Source of the DNA: Pseudomonadota bacterium
Lineage (GTDB): Bacteria; Bdellovibrionota; FAC87; UBA2466
Assembly (NCBI GenBank): GCA_043718025.1
Contig: JAYSWN010000139.1
Location: 1 to 57,395 of the forward strand
Direction of reading: 5' to 3'
DNA: 57,395 bases
Shown: positions 38,490 to 49,044 of the stretch, piece by piece
Numbering within the stretch: position 1 is the stretch's first letter
How the letters are laid out: every line of letters begins with the position of its first letter
Translations under genes and position numbers: made by a program
The notes under the pieces: model-generated
The model's input: the letters and a program-made list of their open reading frames with translations, nothing else
What the model was told of the DNA's origin: nothing
Databases searched by the model: none

Positions 38490-39473
38490 TTAAGCTGGCC
38501 ACTCTTCGACGATTACGTGACGAAAACCAAACGTCTCTTCCATGAGTCGTTTGTAAGGAGCCGGACCGCGGGGTTTAGCCGTTTTTAAAACCACCTCGCA
38601 CGCGTGAACATTGGGGCCGATACTCCAGATATGGAGATCGAGTACTTCAGCGTCCATGGCTTCCAAAGCCTTGGTCAGTTTATCGCGTGAAATCAATTTG
38701 GCGTTGCCATCTAGCAACTCCCACGCCGCATCCTTCACCAACGTGTAACTCCATCTCAAAATAATGGCCCCGCCCAAAATTCCCATCGCGGCGTCTAGCC
38801 AGGGGGCGTTGAAGTGCTTGCCGAAGTAGAGTGCGATAATCGCCAAAATGGATGTGAACGCATCGGCCACCACGTGAAAATAGGCGCTCTTTATATTCTG
38901 ATCAGAGTGGCTTGAGTGGTCGGCGTGCGAGTGGCCGTGCGTGTGCGCGTGCCCTTCAGAATGAGCATGATCTTTACCATCGTCTGGTTCGGGCTCGCAT
39001 TCTCCCGGGTGAAAGTGACTGTCTTTTCCCAAAATGATTACGCTCACAATGTTGACCAATAGCCCCACGATGGTGACGCCGAGAGCTTCGTCGTATTGAA
39101 TTGCCTGCGGATTAAAGAGCCGCATCGTTGATTCAACCCCCATCCAGATCGCCATGACCCCGAGCAAAATTGCATTCGTGTAACCGCCGAGTGGAATAAA
39201 TTTTCCCGTGCCAAAAGAAAAGCGGGCGTGCAGCTTTTTGTTTTTGGCGAGGAGGTAAGTCAGGTAGGTAATGAAAAGGGCCCCGGCGTGCGATCCCATG
39301 TGCCAGCCATCGGCCAGTAGCGCCATCGAATGGGTGGCGTAGCCGTAGACCAACTCCACGCCCATCATGCTGAGGGTGAGCAGCAGAATCAAACGACACT
39401 TACGCTCGTTGTCGGCAATCCAACTGAACTCGGCCAGGTAGTTGTGGTATTCAATTTTAGGCGGGGTTTTCAC
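38490..39473 (-). CDS. CDF family metal efflux transporter, DmeF-like
   Basis: SMALLADGWHM, His-rich loop, AYFHVVADA and DLHIW motifs. Confidence 0.92.
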   Translation of the reverse strand: MKTPPKIEYHNYLAEFSWIADNERKCRLILLLTLSMMGVELVYGYATHSMALLADGWHMGSHAGALFITYLTYLLAKNKKLHARFSFGTGKFIPLGGYTNAILLGVMAIWMGVESTMRLFNPQAIQYDEALGVTIVGLLVNIVSVIILGKDSHFHPGECEPEPDDGKDHAHSEGHAHTHGHSHADHSSHSDQNIKSAYFHVVADAFTSILAIIALYFGKHFNAPWLDAAMGILGGAIILRWSYTLVKDAAWELLDGNAKLISRDKLTKALEAMDAEVLDLHIWSIGPNVHACEVVLKTAKPRGPAPYKRLMEETFGFRHVIVEEWPA

Positions 39474-39482
39474 AACCAGATA

Positions 39483-41012
39483 CTAACAGGACTGGGCTTC
39501 TAGTGTCTTGCCGAACTCTTTTTCAAAAAAACCTTTTCGTTGTTGCAGGCGCATGATTGAAAGCTCAGTGTTTTTGCCGCGTGGTAGACGTAAAATTAAT
39601 TTTCCCGGGTGATTCAAGGCGCGCAGACCGCGCGGCCCGCTCTCTAATGGCGCTCCGCTAGGGTGTAGCGCGTCAGAGATCTGATAAAGGGCCAGCACTT
39701 TCGGGAAGGCAGCTTTGGCCAGCGGATCTAACCCCATCAAAGTGTCGTAAGCCACCCGTTTGGCCCGCTGGTGTAAACAGAGTTGCGCTACGAACTCAAC
39801 CTCCCAACCCTCGTAAAGCGGAAGATCGGCGTGGCGCACTACATACGCCGTGTGCCGCTCAGTTTCTAAAGGCGAAATAAATTTACCGGCATTGCGGTAA
39901 AGCAGAGCAATCTTTAAATAGGTAAGCCACTTTTCCGACAATCGGTGAAGCGACTGCAATTGTAAAAATAGCCGCTCACTTAGATGCACCAAGGATTTGA
40001 GCTCGCGCGAAGACTCACCCAGTTGCGCGGCTTGACGAAACAGCGGTTCCAGATCCACCTCGGTGGGACGAAGGTGTTCAAGCTCTAGCCGTTGTATTTC
40101 ACGATCAAATATTCCGTCGCGTAGTGAATAGTCGGTGAAGGTGGCCTGATCCACACCCAGCGCCTTCATGCACTCTTCAAGAACAAGACTACCCGCAACA
40201 ATTAAATCACTGCGACGGGGCTCCATGCCGGGGATGGCGAGTAGCTCTTGCGCGGTTAGTGTCGCCATTTTTTTGTTTAGTTTTTTCAGCGTAGAAAGGT
40301 CAATTTTTTCTACCCCATTCGACTTACGGCATAAACGGGCCAGCGCCCTTACCGTGCCGCTCGATCCAAAAACATTGTCGAGCCGAATGTCGAAGTGCTG
40401 ACTTTCAGGTTCTAGGTGGCGTCGAATCTCTTTTTTCAAATTGCGCAGTGGGTTGTTGTTTTTGGTTTTTCTTGGGGGCGTGGTTTTTAAAAAGACCTGC
40501 TGAAGCCGGGCGGCACCAAGTGGAAAACTCTTGCTAAAGACAACGCGCCGTTCACGACACAGGCTCATCTCCATGCTGCCGCCGCCAATATCGATGAGCG
40601 CAAAGTTTCCTCGCAGCGATTTCTCATTGGCCAAAATGCCACGAGCGATAAGCTTGGCCTCTTCGGTTCCCGAAATCACTTCGATAACGATGCCGAACTT
40701 TCTTTTGGCCGGAAGTAGTAGGCGGTCGCGATCTTTGGCGTCACGCAGCGCGCTAGTGCCAAAGGCCACCCATTTATCAACGTGTAGATCGACCGCCGTT
40801 TTTTTGAAGCTGGAAAGGGCTTCGAGCGTTCGTTTAATGGCGCGTGAGTCGAGACGGCCGTGTTCAAACAGCCGTTCACCCAGCTTTACCATCAGTTTTT
40901 CGCGGTGAATGAGGCGAGGCGCCTTTTTGGCGGTTATTTCGTGAATATCGAAGCGGACGGAGTTAGTCCCGAGATCCAAGATAGCCAGCCTAATTGCCCC
41001 GTCTTTCGCCAT
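39483..41012 (-). CDS. ppx: Ppx/GppA exopolyphosphatase with degenerate HD domain
   Basis: DLGTNS, TSALRDA, ISG.EEA, DIGGGS.E, R.DLI..G and SLRDG motifs. Confidence 0.92.
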   Translation of the reverse strand: MAKDGAIRLAILDLGTNSVRFDIHEITAKKAPRLIHREKLMVKLGERLFEHGRLDSRAIKRTLEALSSFKKTAVDLHVDKWVAFGTSALRDAKDRDRLLLPAKRKFGIVIEVISGTEEAKLIARGILANEKSLRGNFALIDIGGGSMEMSLCRERRVVFSKSFPLGAARLQQVFLKTTPPRKTKNNNPLRNLKKEIRRHLEPESQHFDIRLDNVFGSSGTVRALARLCRKSNGVEKIDLSTLKKLNKKMATLTAQELLAIPGMEPRRSDLIVAGSLVLEECMKALGVDQATFTDYSLRDGIFDREIQRLELEHLRPTEVDLEPLFRQAAQLGESSRELKSLVHLSERLFLQLQSLHRLSEKWLTYLKIALLYRNAGKFISPLETERHTAYVVRHADLPLYEGWEVEFVAQLCLHQRAKRVAYDTLMGLDPLAKAAFPKVLALYQISDALHPSGAPLESGPRGLRALNHPGKLILRLPRGKNTELSIMRLQQRKGFFEKEFGKTLEAQSC

Positions 41013-41147
41013 GCGCTCCGTTCGATGCCTAAAATTTAACTCCGCGCGGCTTAACTTCATAGTTTTATTTGGCTAAAAAGTGAGGCGCTAACGAAATCTA
41101 GACAAAAGACTGAAGACGCTCCGACAACCAGAGGTTACGATTTAAAT

Positions 41148-41978
41148 ATGGAAGGTCACAAACCGCTTCGTACCATCCTTGGCCAGTATGCGAATTATGT
41201 GAAGGCGGCGCGCCCGTTGCGCGGCTTCCTTCCCAAAATTCCCATTTCTATCGTCAAAGGAAACTTTCTCATCAAAACCGCCAATAACTGGCCAGAGGTC
41301 GAAAGCGTTCTAAAGCTGCGCTACGAAGTGTTTATCCGCGAAGGGTTGAATCTTAAATTTCCCTTGGGCCTAGACGTCGACCGCTGGGATCCGCTGGCCG
41401 ATCACTTGATGGTTATCGACCAAACTAATGGCGCGTTAGTGGGAACCTACCGTCTCATCTCGAGCGGTTTCTCCAATGATTTTTATTCTCAAAGTGAATT
41501 CGAGTTGGCCCCATTCATGCGGTGTTTGGGCGGAAAACTTGAACTCAGCCGGGCATGCGTTCGCGCCGATTACCGAAGTTCTTCCACTATCGGCTTGCTG
41601 TGGCGCGGCATCGCCGCTTATGCCCAGGCGGCAAAATCGCGTTACCTTTTTGGCTGCGCCAGCGTCAAGTCGATGGACCCGAGCGTGGCCGAAATGTTAA
41701 TCGCCTATTTTAAAAAAGAGGGCAGGTTTGATGAAGAGACCGGGGTGAGACCACACGCGTCATTCCGTACTCCGCCGGCGCTTGCCCCGCTAGAACCCAA
41801 GCCAGAGATGGACGTACGGGAGTCTATCCCGCCTTTGTTACTTTCTTATTTGCGGGCGGGCGCAAAAGTTTTGGGGGCGCCAGCGTTAGATCGGTCTTTT
41901 CGTTGTTTAGATTTTTTGACGGTTTTAGATTTTTCGCAAATGAATGCTGCTTTCGAACGCCGCTACCTTTCGGCTTGA
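41148..41978 (+). CDS. OlsB-like acyl-ACP:amino acid N-acyltransferase (Acetyltransf_5)
   Basis: LRYEVF, D.DRWD..ADHL, VGTYRL, FYSQSEF, ELSRACV, YLFGCAS and PPLL.SYLRAGA motifs. Confidence 0.85.
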   Translation: MEGHKPLRTILGQYANYVKAARPLRGFLPKIPISIVKGNFLIKTANNWPEVESVLKLRYEVFIREGLNLKFPLGLDVDRWDPLADHLMVIDQTNGALVGTYRLISSGFSNDFYSQSEFELAPFMRCLGGKLELSRACVRADYRSSSTIGLLWRGIAAYAQAAKSRYLFGCASVKSMDPSVAEMLIAYFKKEGRFDEETGVRPHASFRTPPALAPLEPKPEMDVRESIPPLLLSYLRAGAKVLGAPALDRSFRCLDFLTVLDFSQMNAAFERRYLSA

Positions 41979-41992
41979 TCTATAATCACTAG

Positions 41993-43054
41993 ATGCACTT
42001 TCCCCGCTTCGACCCAGCCCTGAAAAAAGAGGGCCTGCTTTCCCGCCTGCCCGAAATGTACGAATTAGAACGTCTGGTGGAACAGGCTCGTCCATTGGGC
42101 CGCGTGCACACGTTGACCACCGTGAATGTGGGCGAGCTCCACTTTCCGGTTTACGCCTTGGCCTTTGGAAATCCGGATCCCAAATACCCTACGCTGGCCT
42201 TGTTCGGCGGCGTGCACGGGTTAGAGCGTATCGGCACGCACGTTTTACTTTCGTACCTACGCACAACGATAGAATTGCTTGAATGGGATGTGTCGTTTCG
42301 AAAAAGTCTGGAAGAGTGCCGTCTGCTTTTCGTGCCGCTCGTAAATCCGGCAGGCATGTTTTTGCAAACCAGGTCTAATGCTAACGGCGTGGACTTGATG
42401 CGCAACAGCCCCACTCAAGCCGAAAAAATTTCTAAATTTTTTATCGCTGGAGGGCATCGCATTTCGCCGATTTTGCCCTGGTATCAAGGTAAGGCGGACG
42501 AGCCCATGCAGGCCGAAGCCAAGGCGCTTTGCGATTGGGTGGTACAAGAGGTGTTTCCCTCGCAAACCGCGATCACTCTCGATGTGCATTCGGGTTTTGG
42601 CGCCGTGGATCGACTGTGGTTTCCTTACGCCCGCACCAAGCGGCCATTTCATTCCGTGGCCGAAGTGTTTGCCTTAAAAGCGCTGCTCGATCGCACCTAC
42701 CCCAACCACATCTATCGTGTAGAACCTCAATCGGTGCAGTACCGAGCCCACGGTGATTTGTGGGATTATCTTTATGATGAGCACAAAAAGGTGGCGCCCG
42801 AACGCACGATGCTGCCGCTTACCCTCGAGTTGGGTTCGTGGGCTTGGGTTAAGAAAAACATTTTTCAGGTCTTTTCGTTGCTCGGTCATTTCAATCCGTC
42901 GCGCACGCACCGCGTGCAGCGCACTTTGCGGCGCCATATTTTATTTTTTGAATTTCTACAACGCGCGGTGACGGCGCCGCAGTCGTGGGCCGTGATCTCG
43001 AAAGAAGATCGTGATACGTACCGCCGCCGGGCCCTGGAGCTTTGGTATGGGTAA
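41993..43054 (+). CDS. M14-type zinc carboxypeptidase/deacylase
   Basis: GVHGLE, NPAG, NGVDLMRN, LDVHSG and TLELG motifs. Confidence 0.85.
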   Translation: MHFPRFDPALKKEGLLSRLPEMYELERLVEQARPLGRVHTLTTVNVGELHFPVYALAFGNPDPKYPTLALFGGVHGLERIGTHVLLSYLRTTIELLEWDVSFRKSLEECRLLFVPLVNPAGMFLQTRSNANGVDLMRNSPTQAEKISKFFIAGGHRISPILPWYQGKADEPMQAEAKALCDWVVQEVFPSQTAITLDVHSGFGAVDRLWFPYARTKRPFHSVAEVFALKALLDRTYPNHIYRVEPQSVQYRAHGDLWDYLYDEHKKVAPERTMLPLTLELGSWAWVKKNIFQVFSLLGHFNPSRTHRVQRTLRRHILFFEFLQRAVTAPQSWAVISKEDRDTYRRRALELWYG

Positions 43055-43805
43055 CTCCCGCCGCCGGTGGCTGTTATTGCGTGGACTGGCCCGTGAAGTG
43101 CGCCATTGGGGGGATTTTCCCGCTCAGCTTCAAACGGCGTTTCCGGACGACGAAATTGTTTGCCTCGATCTTCCGGGGGCCGGTCTTTGGGCCGAAAAAG
43201 AGTGTCCCTGGTCGGTGGCAAAAATTCGCGCCGACGTTCGAAAAAGGTGGCTGGAACTTGGCACGGCTGGTTCCCAAGATGTGATTCTTGCACTTTCGCT
43301 GGGTGGAATGGTGGCGCTGGACTGGCTTTCGGTCTATCCAAAAGAGTTTGGCCACGCGGTCCTCATCAACACCAGCGCCGGGGGGCTCAATCGGCCCTGG
43401 GAAAGAGTTTTGCCCTCGGCCATGGCCACGTTTTTAGAGGTGGCGCGCCCCCTCTCTCTTTACGAGCGTGAAAAAATTATTCTAAAGCTCACCAACACCC
43501 GCGTTTTTTCTAAAGTCGAAATTGCAGAACGCGCTGGCATTCAGCGAGAAGCGCCAGTTTTGCGGCGAAACGCATTGGCGCAGCTCATCGCCGGCGCTAC
43601 ATTTCGGGCGCCCAAGATTCAAACCAAGGCTTCACTGCTTTTCGTGCGTGGCCTTGGCGATCGCCTTTGCTCCCCGCGCTGTTCTGCCCGCCTTTGCCAA
43701 CACTACGGTGGTACGCTCGAAAGCCACTCTAGCGCTGGCCACGACTTGCCCATCGACGAGCCGCGATGGCTTATTGAATTGTTGCGGCGAAAATTCAGTA
43801 ACTAA
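43047..43805 (+). CDS. Alpha/beta hydrolase
   Basis: LLRGL, DLPGAG, ALSLGG nucleophile elbow, DRL and GHDL. Confidence 0.88.
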   Translation: MGNSRRRWLLLRGLAREVRHWGDFPAQLQTAFPDDEIVCLDLPGAGLWAEKECPWSVAKIRADVRKRWLELGTAGSQDVILALSLGGMVALDWLSVYPKEFGHAVLINTSAGGLNRPWERVLPSAMATFLEVARPLSLYEREKIILKLTNTRVFSKVEIAERAGIQREAPVLRRNALAQLIAGATFRAPKIQTKASLLFVRGLGDRLCSPRCSARLCQHYGGTLESHSSAGHDLPIDEPRWLIELLRRKFSN

Positions 43806-43917
43806 AGCAATTCTAAACACTTAGTCACGCAACCCACCTTAATCCTTTCCTGACAGGACTTTGCCCGGTTCTTGAGTTAAACCCTCCGCAGCCAGAAAAA
43901 AAATCAGGAGCTTTTTT

Positions 43918-44934
43918 ATGAAGCATGCAGCCCTTTTAGTTCTTTTGTTTTTATCCGTGGTTTCGCATTCGGCGACGCTCATCAATGGAGCCGGCGCCAC
44001 GTTTCCTTACCCCCTCTATTCGAAATGGTTTTCGGACTACCAAAAAGTCGATGCCGACGTTCAATTCAATTACCAGTCGATTGGTAGTGGTGGTGGAATT
44101 CGTCAGTTTTCTGAAAAGACGGTCGATTTTGGCGCTACTGATGCGCCGATGAATGATGACCAGATTGCGAAGGCTCAGGCCACCGTGTTCCATATTCCCA
44201 CCGTGTTGGGCGCCGTGGTGATTACCTATAATGAGCCCGCCGCCGGCGAAGGGTTAAAGCTGACCGCTGATATTGTGGCCGATATTTTCTTGGGTAAGCT
44301 CACTTCGTGGAGCGACGCCCGCATCGCCAAATTGAATCCAACCAAAAAGTTGACCGGCGACATTATGGTGGTTCACCGCAGCGATGGCTCGGGCACGACC
44401 AACATTTTTACTGACTACTTGTCGAAGGTGAGTGCGGATTGGAAGTCGAAAGTGGGAACCGGTACCGCCGTAAATTGGCCAGTGGGCTTGGGCGGAAAAG
44501 GCAACGAAGGAGTGGCTGGTCTTATTAAACAGACTCCCGGCACCATCGGTTACGTGGAGCTGATTTACGCGAAAAGCAATAATTTGCCGTACGCTTCGCT
44601 GCAAAACAAAGCGGGCCAATTCATCGAGCCCAACATGGATAGTGTTTCGGCGGCGGCCGAGGGTTTTGTTAAAGACATGCCGGCTGATTATCGTGTTTCC
44701 ATCACCAATGCCGATGGTAAGAAAGCTTATCCGCTTTCCGCCTTCACTTACTTGTTGGTTTGGAAAGCGATGCCCGATGCAAACAAAGGGGCTAAAATGG
44801 TTAAATTTTTGAAATGGGCGGCCACCGAAGGGCAAAAGCAGGCCGCCGCTCTCCATTACGCTCCACTACCGAAGGCATTGGTCAAGAAGGTGGAAGCCAC
44901 AATTAATTCTATCGAAGTAAAAAAGATAAATTGA
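43918..44934 (+). CDS. pstS: Phosphate ABC transporter substrate-binding protein
   Basis: GAGATFPYP, YQSIGSGGG, HRSDGSGTT and GKGNEGV motifs. Confidence 0.97.
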   Translation: MKHAALLVLLFLSVVSHSATLINGAGATFPYPLYSKWFSDYQKVDADVQFNYQSIGSGGGIRQFSEKTVDFGATDAPMNDDQIAKAQATVFHIPTVLGAVVITYNEPAAGEGLKLTADIVADIFLGKLTSWSDARIAKLNPTKKLTGDIMVVHRSDGSGTTNIFTDYLSKVSADWKSKVGTGTAVNWPVGLGGKGNEGVAGLIKQTPGTIGYVELIYAKSNNLPYASLQNKAGQFIEPNMDSVSAAAEGFVKDMPADYRVSITNADGKKAYPLSAFTYLLVWKAMPDANKGAKMVKFLKWAATEGQKQAAALHYAPLPKALVKKVEATINSIEVKKIN

Positions 44935-45048
44935 CCGGAGCCTTAGGATCGCTCTATCGGCAGACACTAACCCTGAGTTGATGGGAGAGTTACGGTGGAA
45001 GTTAGTTGGGAAGCGCAGGGCTCATGGATACAATCGTGGCTCAACGCC

Positions 45049-45996
45049 ATGATTCGTAGCGAACCTAAATTGCAGAAAACTGACCTACATCAAGGCGATC
45101 GCCGTTTTCGTACCATTGTTACGGTAAGCGGCGTTTTACTGTTGGTTCTATTAGCTGCGATTGCCTTTTTTTTAATTAAAGGCTCAATTCCCGCAATCAA
45201 GCATTTTGGTTTCGCCTTCCTGTGGACTTCAAAATGGGACCCGGTTCAAGAGATCTTTGGGGCCATGCCACTTATTTACGGCACCGTGGTGTCTTCGTTG
45301 CTAGGCATGTTGCTGGCCGTGCCTTTAAGCATTGGCGTTGCCCTTTTCCTGAATGAACTGGCCCCGCGTTGGATCGGCAGGCCGGCGGGCTTTTTGGTGG
45401 AAATGTTGGCGGCAATTCCCAGTGTCGTCTACGGCCTGTGGGGAATTTTTGTGTTGGCCCCGTTGCTTCGGACCACGGTACAGCCCTGGCTAAAGGAGCA
45501 CTTGGGCTTTCTCCCGCTTTTTCAAGGGCCAGCTTACGGGGTGGGAATGATGACCGCCGGAATTATTTTGGCGATCATGGTCACTCCGACCATCTCCTCT
45601 TTAGCTCGCGAAGTGTTTCGGGCCATTCCTCGAGCGCAGCGGGAAGCGGCGTGGGCCCTCGGGGCCACCCGCTGGGAAGCCATGGTGATGGCCGTTTTAA
45701 AATCTTCGAAGCCTGGTTTGTTTGGTGCCTCCCTATTAGGATTGGGGCGCGCCGTGGGTGAGACGATGGCGGTGACGATGGTTATCGGCAACCGCTCCGA
45801 GATTGTGGCCTCGTTGTTTGCCCCTTCGCAAACTATGGCCAGTGTGCTCGCCAACGAATACGCAGAAGCGTCTAGTCAAATTCATCTCTCGGCGCTCATT
45901 GAAGTTGGTCTGGTGTTGTTTGCCGTGACTTTTGTCATGAATGCCTTCGCGCGATTAATGATCGTCGCCACCAACAAAAAACAGGCGCATGGATGA
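45049..45996 (+). CDS. pstC: Phosphate ABC transporter permease
   Basis: LAAIPSVVYGLWG, EAA loop and GRAVGETMAV. Confidence 0.96.
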   Translation: MIRSEPKLQKTDLHQGDRRFRTIVTVSGVLLLVLLAAIAFFLIKGSIPAIKHFGFAFLWTSKWDPVQEIFGAMPLIYGTVVSSLLGMLLAVPLSIGVALFLNELAPRWIGRPAGFLVEMLAAIPSVVYGLWGIFVLAPLLRTTVQPWLKEHLGFLPLFQGPAYGVGMMTAGIILAIMVTPTISSLAREVFRAIPRAQREAAWALGATRWEAMVMAVLKSSKPGLFGASLLGLGRAVGETMAVTMVIGNRSEIVASLFAPSQTMASVLANEYAEASSQIHLSALIEVGLVLFAVTFVMNAFARLMIVATNKKQAHG

Positions 45997-46868
45997 AATC
46001 AGGAACCTTGCACCGCTATCTTTCGCAGGGGTACCGGCGTCGAAAGTTTTTTGATTTTTTTATGCGTTGTCTTCTTGGCTGTACGGTGGCCTTGGCCGTA
46101 ATGCCGCTGGGTAGTGTGCTGTCTTACGTTATTAAAAAGGGCGGTCCCGCCCTCAGTTTCGATTTCTTTACCAAAATTCCAAAACCCGTTGGTGAGCTTG
46201 GTGGTGGAATGGCGAATGCCTTAGTGGGCACGCTAATTCTGGTAGCGATGGCCTCAGTTATTGGAGTTTTGTGGGGCGGAATGATTGGCATTTACCTTTC
46301 TGAATTTGGGAAAGGGAAATTGGCGCACGTGGTTCGCTTTGCGACTGATCTGCTGGGTAGTGTTCCCTCGATTGTGATCGGACTATTCGTTTACAGCGTT
46401 ATCGTAATGCCGATGAAGCGCTTTTCGGCATTGGCCGGAGCGGTTGCTTTGGGCATCTTGATGATTCCTACCGTGGCCCGCAGCACGGAAGAGCTTTTGC
46501 GTTTAGTGCCGCAGCACATTCGCGAAGCCGGTTTAGCGTTGGGGCTTCCCCGCTGGAAGGTGATCTTGTTTCTGGTCATCCGCGGGGCGATGAGCGGAAT
46601 CATCACCGGAATTCTGCTGGCGGTTGCTCGGGTGGCGGGTGAAACCGCGCCACTGCTTTTTACGGCCTTAGGAAATCAGTATTGGCAAAGCGGCATTGAC
46701 CAGCCGATCGCCTCTTTGCCGGTGCAGATTTATACCTACGCGATCTCGCCGTTTGAAGAGTGGCACCGTTTGGCTTGGGCCGGCGCTCTAGTTTTAGTTG
46801 GCGTGGTGTTCACGATGAATTTGTTGAGTCGGTTCTTGTTGCGCGGCCAGAATTTGGCCCGGGAATAA
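45993..46868 (+). CDS. pstA: Phosphate ABC transporter permease
   Basis: VPSIVIGLF, REAGLALG and ARVAGETAPL motifs. Confidence 0.96.
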   Translation: MKSGTLHRYLSQGYRRRKFFDFFMRCLLGCTVALAVMPLGSVLSYVIKKGGPALSFDFFTKIPKPVGELGGGMANALVGTLILVAMASVIGVLWGGMIGIYLSEFGKGKLAHVVRFATDLLGSVPSIVIGLFVYSVIVMPMKRFSALAGAVALGILMIPTVARSTEELLRLVPQHIREAGLALGLPRWKVILFLVIRGAMSGIITGILLAVARVAGETAPLLFTALGNQYWQSGIDQPIASLPVQIYTYAISPFEEWHRLAWAGALVLVGVVFTMNLLSRFLLRGQNLARE

Positions 46869-46880
46869 AAGAGATTATTG

Positions 46881-47648
46881 ATGGCTTCGCCCCAACCTAT
46901 TCTTAGCATTGAGCACCTAAGTGCGTACTTCGGGCAGTTTCAAGCGGTTAATGACGTATCACTGGAAGTGCTACCGCATACGGTGACCGCGTTGATTGGC
47001 CCCAGCGGTTGTGGAAAATCGACTTTTATTCGCTGCTTAAACCGCCTGCACGAAGAGGTGGTTGGGGCGCGCGCCACGGGCAGCGTTAAACTGGGCGGCA
47101 TGGATATTTACGGTCATGGCGTCGACCCCGTGGTGATTCGGCGCAAGATTGGAATGGTTTTTCAGAAACCAAATCCGTTTCCGGCATTGAGTGTTTTTGA
47201 CAATGTGGCGGCGGGGCTTCGCTTAGCCGGGATTAAACGGCGGGCACTGTTAAACGAAGTGGTGGAGAGCAGTTTGCGACACGCGGCGTTATGGGGGGAA
47301 GTAAAAGATAAATTAGACGCGCCGGGCACCAGCCTTTCGGGTGGTCAACAGCAGCGGTTGTGCATTGCTAGAGCCTTGGCGGTAGAGCCGCCGGTTCTCT
47401 TGATGGATGAGCCTACCAGCGCTTTAGATCCTATCTCCACCGCCAAAATTGAAGAGCTGGTGATGGAGTTAAAGAAGACTGTGACCATCGTTATGGTCAC
47501 CCACAACATGCAGCAAGCCGCTAGAATTTCCGATAAAACCGCGTTTTTTCTCTTGGGTGATTTGGTTGAGTTCGGCGATACTTCGACCGTGTTCACGGTT
47601 CCTAAAGAAGAACGGACCGAACGGTACATCACGGGAAAATTTGGCTGA
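46881..47648 (+). CDS. pstB: Phosphate ABC transporter ATPase
   Basis: [24 protein letters not shown] and YITGKFG motifs. Confidence 0.97.
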   Translation: MASPQPILSIEHLSAYFGQFQAVNDVSLEVLPHTVTALIGPSGCGKSTFIRCLNRLHEEVVGARATGSVKLGGMDIYGHGVDPVVIRRKIGMVFQKPNPFPALSVFDNVAAGLRLAGIKRRALLNEVVESSLRHAALWGEVKDKLDAPGTSLSGGQQQRLCIARALAVEPPVLLMDEPTSALDPISTAKIEELVMELKKTVTIVMVTHNMQQAARISDKTAFFLLGDLVEFGDTSTVFTVPKEERTERYITGKFG

Positions 47649-47654
47649 TTAAAA

Positions 47655-48338
47655 ATGCAGAGAAATATCGACATTGGGCTAGGTCAATTATCGCGTGAGC
47701 TGTTGACGATGGCGGGTTACGTAGAGCAAGCGATCGAAGCTGCGACCCAGGGCTGGCAGAAACGATCGCTGGCTAAAGTTAACGAAGTGTACGCCGTTGA
47801 GCAAAAGGTGAATCAGGCGCACATGTTGGTTGATGACCAGAGCTTTAAGATCTTGGCCCTGCAACAGCCAATGGCGGCTGACTTAAGGAAGATCGTGGCG
47901 ATCATCAAGATCAATAGCGATCTCGAGCGAATGGCCGACTTAACCGTTAATATTGCCAACAACACAGAATACTTTCTTCAATCCGATCCGCTTTTCGATC
48001 TGAAGGACCTCAGCGTCATGGCGGACGAAACTCGTTTAATGGTGAAAGAGGTTCTCGACGCCTTTATTCGCACCGATCAAGTTAAGGCACGCGAGGTCTT
48101 GCTTCGTGACGATACCGTCGACGGTCTTAAACGTGGCATCGTAGATTCAACCATCGAAACGATGAAGACCTCTGCGGCCACCATTACCCAAGGTCTTAAT
48201 CTTATTCTGATGGCTAAGAATCTTGAACGTATTGGCGATCACGCCACCAATATTGCTGAAGACGTTATTTTTATGGCGTCGGGCGAAGACGTTCGTCACG
48301 GATCGCAAAAAGACAATCCAGGCCGCGGGGGAAAATGA
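47655..48338 (+). CDS. phoU: Phosphate signalling protein PhoU
   Basis: QPMAADLR, DLERMAD and LERIGDHATNIAE motifs. Confidence 0.96.
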   Translation: MQRNIDIGLGQLSRELLTMAGYVEQAIEAATQGWQKRSLAKVNEVYAVEQKVNQAHMLVDDQSFKILALQQPMAADLRKIVAIIKINSDLERMADLTVNIANNTEYFLQSDPLFDLKDLSVMADETRLMVKEVLDAFIRTDQVKAREVLLRDDTVDGLKRGIVDSTIETMKTSAATITQGLNLILMAKNLERIGDHATNIAEDVIFMASGEDVRHGSQKDNPGRGGK

Positions 48339-48339
48339 A

Positions 48340-49038
48340 ATGGGTGACACTGCAAAAGTCTTAGTCGTTGAAGACGAGCGAGACATTTCTGATTTAATGA
48401 CCTTGCACTTGAAGCGCGAAGGGCACGAAGTTACCTCGGTCGAAAACGGAGAAGAGGCGCTACGCCGAATCGAAAGCAATCAATTTCAGCTGCTGGTTCT
48501 CGACTGGATGCTTCCTGGCCTCTCGGGAATGGAAGTGTGCAAACGCATTCGCGGGGGCAAGCGCGAAGGGCAAGGGGGCGTGCCTATACTGATGGTCACG
48601 GCCCGGGCCCACACCTCCGATATCGTGCTGGGGCTTGAAATGGGCGCCGACGACTACCTTACCAAGCCCTTTGAGATTCCCGTATTTTTAGCGCGAGTGC
48701 GGGCGCTGTTGCGTCGGGCTTCGTCGCCGGTGAAGCCAAATGGCAACGAAATGAAGGCGGCCAACGTCACGGTAAACCTAGAGACGTACAAAGTGACCTG
48801 CGGCGACAAAGAGGTGAATCTCACTCCGTCTGAATTCAAAATGCTGGTTTCACTGATGAAGAGCCAGGGACGGGTTTTGACCCGGGAAATGCTTATCGAT
48901 CTGGTGCAAGGGGAAGGGGTTACCGTGGTCGACCGCGCGGTGGACACCCACATTTTTGGTCTCCGTAAAAAGCTGGGTAAATGCGCTGACTTGGTGGAAA
49001 CCATTCGTGGTGTCGGCTACCGCATTAAGGTAGATTAG
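48340..49038 (+). CDS. phoB: OmpR-family response regulator, PhoB
   Basis: VEDE, LDWMLP, GADDYLTKPF and winged-helix ETIRGVGY; pst context. Confidence 0.88.
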   Translation: MGDTAKVLVVEDERDISDLMTLHLKREGHEVTSVENGEEALRRIESNQFQLLVLDWMLPGLSGMEVCKRIRGGKREGQGGVPILMVTARAHTSDIVLGLEMGADDYLTKPFEIPVFLARVRALLRRASSPVKPNGNEMKAANVTVNLETYKVTCGDKEVNLTPSEFKMLVSLMKSQGRVLTREMLIDLVQGEGVTVVDRAVDTHIFGLRKKLGKCADLVETIRGVGYRIKVD

Positions 49039-49044
49039 GCCCTG

